Source: Nemertoderma westbladi
Taxonomy: Eukaryota > Animalia > Xenacoelomorpha
Reading direction: 5' to 3'
Assembly: GCA_032718475.1 (NCBI GenBank)
Contig: JAUCBJ010006887.1
Location: 1-64,000, forward strand
Length of the DNA: 64,000 nt
The notes below the pieces were generated by a model, which was not told the DNA's origin, searched no databases, and was given only the letters and a program-made list of their open reading frames with translations. Shown one piece after another: positions 62,501-64,000 of this stretch (its first letter is position 1; each line of letters opens with the position of its first letter). The position numbers and the translations under genes were made by a program.

Positions 62501-62852
62501 TCGCGGCGATGCTTCTCCTATCATCTTCTCCTCTTCTTCCCTCAGTGCAGTATTCCCGCTCGTGAGATCTCTCGTTGACCTCCCGGTTAAACTCCACTGT
62601 TCTTCTTCTCTCTTCTGATCGGGCTTGACACTCCGTCCGCCCTCTCGCGGCGTCAACCTGCATCTCTCTGCTCGATCGCCAGCCGCTGGGGACACTCGCG
62701 GTCCCCCTATTACTTTCCGTCGCCGTGTGTTGCGGTTTACCTACTTCGGCCCGCGCATTATCCGCCGACGCCTGTGGGACACTCTCTGCCCCCCCCCCTC
62801 TCGTCACTAACTTCTCGCGGTGGGGTGCTCGTAGCCCCCCCCCACCCGCCAC
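59520..62852 (-). CDS. BEL/Pao gag-protease polyprotein, downstream part (probably continuous with the upstream ORF across a frameshift)
   Basis: LPPVEPFKFDG..EEYLQF at ~61660-61605 (DUF1759-like BEL gag start); YL..YTGGPA and AW..LDREYGHP gag motifs; knuckles CQLHRDGTHKTRSC and CHRCVVEGHRSGEC (~60825-60680); protease VLLGVVPVKI...LVDSGAAFTLV (~60600-60500), IIVGMD and PTAILTPFGWTLSGP. No RT (YxDD), RNase H or DDE integrase follows. Confidence 0.88.
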   Translation of the reverse strand: MAGGGGLRAPHREKLVTRGGGAESVPQASADNARAEVGKPQHTATESNRGTASVPSGWRSSREMQVDAARGRTECQARSEERRRTVEFNREVNERSHEREYCTEGRRGEDDRRSIAANDRRVRTDSEPSVIEMEEESRWGRTTGDCRRPGETRPDEAHYAPRERYVTYRREEESNRGGRRETFRRDVPTDREYGSRGEDYSRRINFVSEHIQTVGHTAGLTAHTVGHADRSTVGDRIARTTGLDPEVAEYIPVGRPEADRPIPVPVQQYDYSTKGYNIYPGEGGIIADKCMGPNILTSTPVPNILVGGGQGDIPPSQYQQYTPIEARTNPLDENKSCDTEIWRGPLPPMIYPSQRRAENRTGGPHQARETMQHPSNPLEAQAVGMATLIDALKTRIELPPVEPFKFDGSRPEEYLQFRRMYSNEILTKNLTQAECLKYLQVYTGGPAYDIVRQYQGIEGGFTTAWRALDREYGHPAKIIRQTLRGITTGGLQDNPVSIKTFANKVEKALIVLKTLDAPYELNASNNITTIAQALPIWLRRKWRKIAFSTREEKGVEPGLEEMSSFLNYEAELITDPVYSEDSLGTSHKPEHDPADPFSRVGQSLPHAATQGTASPQLAGSRATPWQGQKENNTINKHNPNVPSRPNTDNQNTKSVHINLRAIREGLYRERYNPGFECQLHRDGTHKTRSCKHWQALPKQDRIAYTDANGLCHRCVVEGHRSGECRETAVRESETGGQAMATSTTEEEKKRKVLLGVVPVKISGEGGRSVTTLMLVDSGAAFTLVENWVAEEIGLKTRPNRMAVTTVSSKDEVLETRTGRCRIAAIAPGCGYGATIDPIHVIESININARRPTNTEVEQYRFLDGIDFSIPKVDVRKVSIIVGMDCPTAHERMKTVFGEDRQRDPTAILTPFGWTLSGPVKTKIPCSVTETSGCMLPGTAGAEDEEEKQEIVDPDREVTVRKWAEESRFPSKHRYGDGAERMARCPEDNTPGECPEECPEETQVRFGGIPTRGKSRRKAGWKGIGLLFYLLFCLFFHFLFILPAGDNKEGGGILTPEGEIVKKGAERPDFRVAEEGEPIPGEMELAKRVRRILQDLQDQQWESACWKNRPS

Positions 62853-63999
62853 TTCTAACTTCGGTACCTCTTACTACACTCCTGTACCCTTCTTGTGGGG
62901 CGCTCTCCGCCCCCCCCTTCTCGCCGCTAATCTCTCGTGGTGGGGCGCTCGGAGCCCCCCCCCACTCGCCACATCTAACTTCACTATTTCCTACCTCGTC
63001 TCTACACTTTTTTCCCGTCGACACAACATTTACATTGGGGCTGGGTCCGCTTACCCCCGCCCCTCTCTCCACTACTACCTGGCCTACCAGGCCTACTTCG
63101 GGTTGTCTCAACCCCGCCGATTCCGGCCTACTAACTACGAGGCCTACCAGGCCCTCACCCGCCGGGCTATGTGCGTTGGACACGTCTACATTAATAATAC
63201 CACTGTGATTATCCTGCGCACCAAAGCTAGAAACAATATGTTGCGTTATAACAGTATTCGGATTATTTTGTAAAATCGAATTCGGGTTATTATTTAAATT
63301 ATTTGGATCATTTTGTGAAATCGAATTCGGATTATTACTTAAATTATTTGGACTATTCTGTATAACTACATCACTAGAATTACTCTGTACGTCAATATTA
63401 GAACCGTTCTGATTTAAAATAATATTATTACTATTAGGTAACGTATTTCCTGCAATAAAAATTTGGTTAGAGTCGTCCAATACAGTATTATTAATATTAG
63501 CGTTATCTACTGTATTAGTGTTATTACCCCCCCCGCTCGTACGATCACACCAGTTTCGTGTCCGTAGTGTGGTCCCTGTCAGTGGAGTATTAATAAACGT
63601 ATCCACGGCCCCCGGCTCCTCTGAAATGTTCGAGCCTGCCCCTCTCTCAGACACTCCTGCCCGCGCCCGTTCCACCTCGCGCGCGTGTACAGCCGTATAC
63701 TCTACGAATTTGTCTCGCTGTTTCTCTAACTCTATTCGGCCACTCTCCACTCTTGTTACTTTCTCCTTTGACTCTCGTTTTTCCTGCTCGATCAATTCCA
63801 GCTCTCTCCTAATCCCCTCTCTTCTTCTCGCCTTACGCTCTTTGCGTTCACTTTCCTCTCTCGCCTCACGTTTCTCGCGTTCACTTTCCTCTCTCGCCTC
63901 TCGTTTCTCGCGTTCCGCCTCGCGTTTCTCCTCGCGTTCCCTTCGTTCCCTTCTCTCTCTCGCCTCGCGTTCCTCGCGTTCTCTCTCGCGTTCCGCCTC
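62758..63999 (-). CDS. N-terminal extension of the gag polyprotein (Glu/Arg coiled coil, then Asn-rich low-complexity region); open to the window edge
   Basis: The listed 345-aa ORF has no in-frame stop from 63796 to 63999, where it reads as E/R-rich repeats (...EREKREAREESERKERKARRREGIRRELELIEQEK...). It overlaps the gag ORF by 95 nt in another frame. Confidence 0.75.
   Translation of the reverse strand, partial: EAEREREREEREARERRERREREEKREAEREKREAREESEREKREAREESERKERKARRREGIRRELELIEQEKRESKEKVTRVESGRIELEKQRDKFVEYTAVHAREVERARAGVSERGAGSNISEEPGAVDTFINTPLTGTTLRTRNWCDRTSGGGNNTNTVDNANINNTVLDDSNQIFIAGNTLPNSNNIILNQNGSNIDVQSNSSDVVIQNSPNNLSNNPNSISQNDPNNLNNNPNSILQNNPNTVITQHIVSSFGAQDNHSGIINVDVSNAHSPAGEGLVGLVVSRPESAGLRQPEVGLVGQVVVERGAGVSGPSPNVNVVSTGKKCRDEVGNSEVRCGEWGGAPSAPPREISGEKGGAESAPQEGYRSVVRGTEVRSGGWGGATSTPPREVSDERGGGRECPTGVGG
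62773..62982. repeat. Diverged 120-bp-period duplication within the ORF
   Basis: 62821 TGGGGTGCTC versus 62941 TGGGGCGCTC. Peptides EVRCGEWGGAPSAPPREISGEKGGAESAPQ and EVRSGGWGGATSTPPREVSDERGG(AESVPQ). Confidence 0.9.
63257..63360. repeat. 45-bp coding tandem repeat (15-aa Asn/Pro unit), about 2.3 copies
   Basis: AAATCGAATTCGGRTTATTAYTTAAATTATTTGGA at 63273 and 63318; peptide QNSPNNLSNNPNSISQNDPNNLNNNPNSILQNNPN. Confidence 0.88.
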
Positions 64000-64000
64000 G
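63844..64000. repeat. Coding low-complexity repeats (33-bp duplication plus CGCGTTC motifs) encoding the E/R-rich helix
   Basis: GCGTTCACTTTCCTCTCTCGCCTC at 63844 and 63877; CTCGCGTTC recurs to the window end. Confidence 0.85.

Larger units (their letters stand above)
58093..64000 (-). mobile_element. BEL/Pao-superfamily LTR retrotransposon, 3' portion, apparently non-autonomous (gag-protease only); continues beyond the window
   Basis: Abrupt junction satellite|TGTGACGGG; TG...CA LTR with adjacent polypurine tract; ORF with BEL-type gag, Cys/His knuckles and aspartic protease motifs. Confidence 0.88.

Noticed and set aside
59822-63273. Numerous + strand ORFs of 60-180 aa
   Set aside because: Antisense shadows of the long - strand gag ORF, with pyrimidine-biased composition and no domains.

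Overview
Eukaryotic, probably animal, repeat-dominated window with no recognisable host gene. (i) 1-~617 is the 3' end of a non-LTR retrotransposon (RTE/RTEX-like reverse transcriptase C-terminus, + strand). (ii) 616-684 holds three copies of the satellite A unit in inverted orientation, followed by an (ACTG)5 microsatellite and about 1 kb of unique AT-rich DNA. (iii) 1737-58092 is a 56.4-kb tandem array of two related monomers: A (24 bp, GTATCCTGCAGATTTTTACAGTAA) and B (28 bp, GTATCCCGCTGTCGAGCGGGCTCCTAAA, with a CCCGCT-GTCG-AGCGGG hairpin followed by CTCCTAA). They are arranged as (A)nB, with variant domains and local higher-order duplications. (iv) 58093 to the window end is a BEL/Pao-type LTR retrotransposon on the - strand, inserted inside a B unit. 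Its 3' LTR, polypurine tract and a very long gag-protease ORF are visible, but it has no RT/RNase H/integrase; a one-base excess in a G10 run splits the ORF. The most interesting inferences are that the satellite may derive from the ends of a Helitron/Helentron-like or Foldback-like element, that the array follows an asymmetric no-BB grammar, and that the BEL element is pol-less with a C-terminal hydrophobic segment. All counts and absences were judged by eye.
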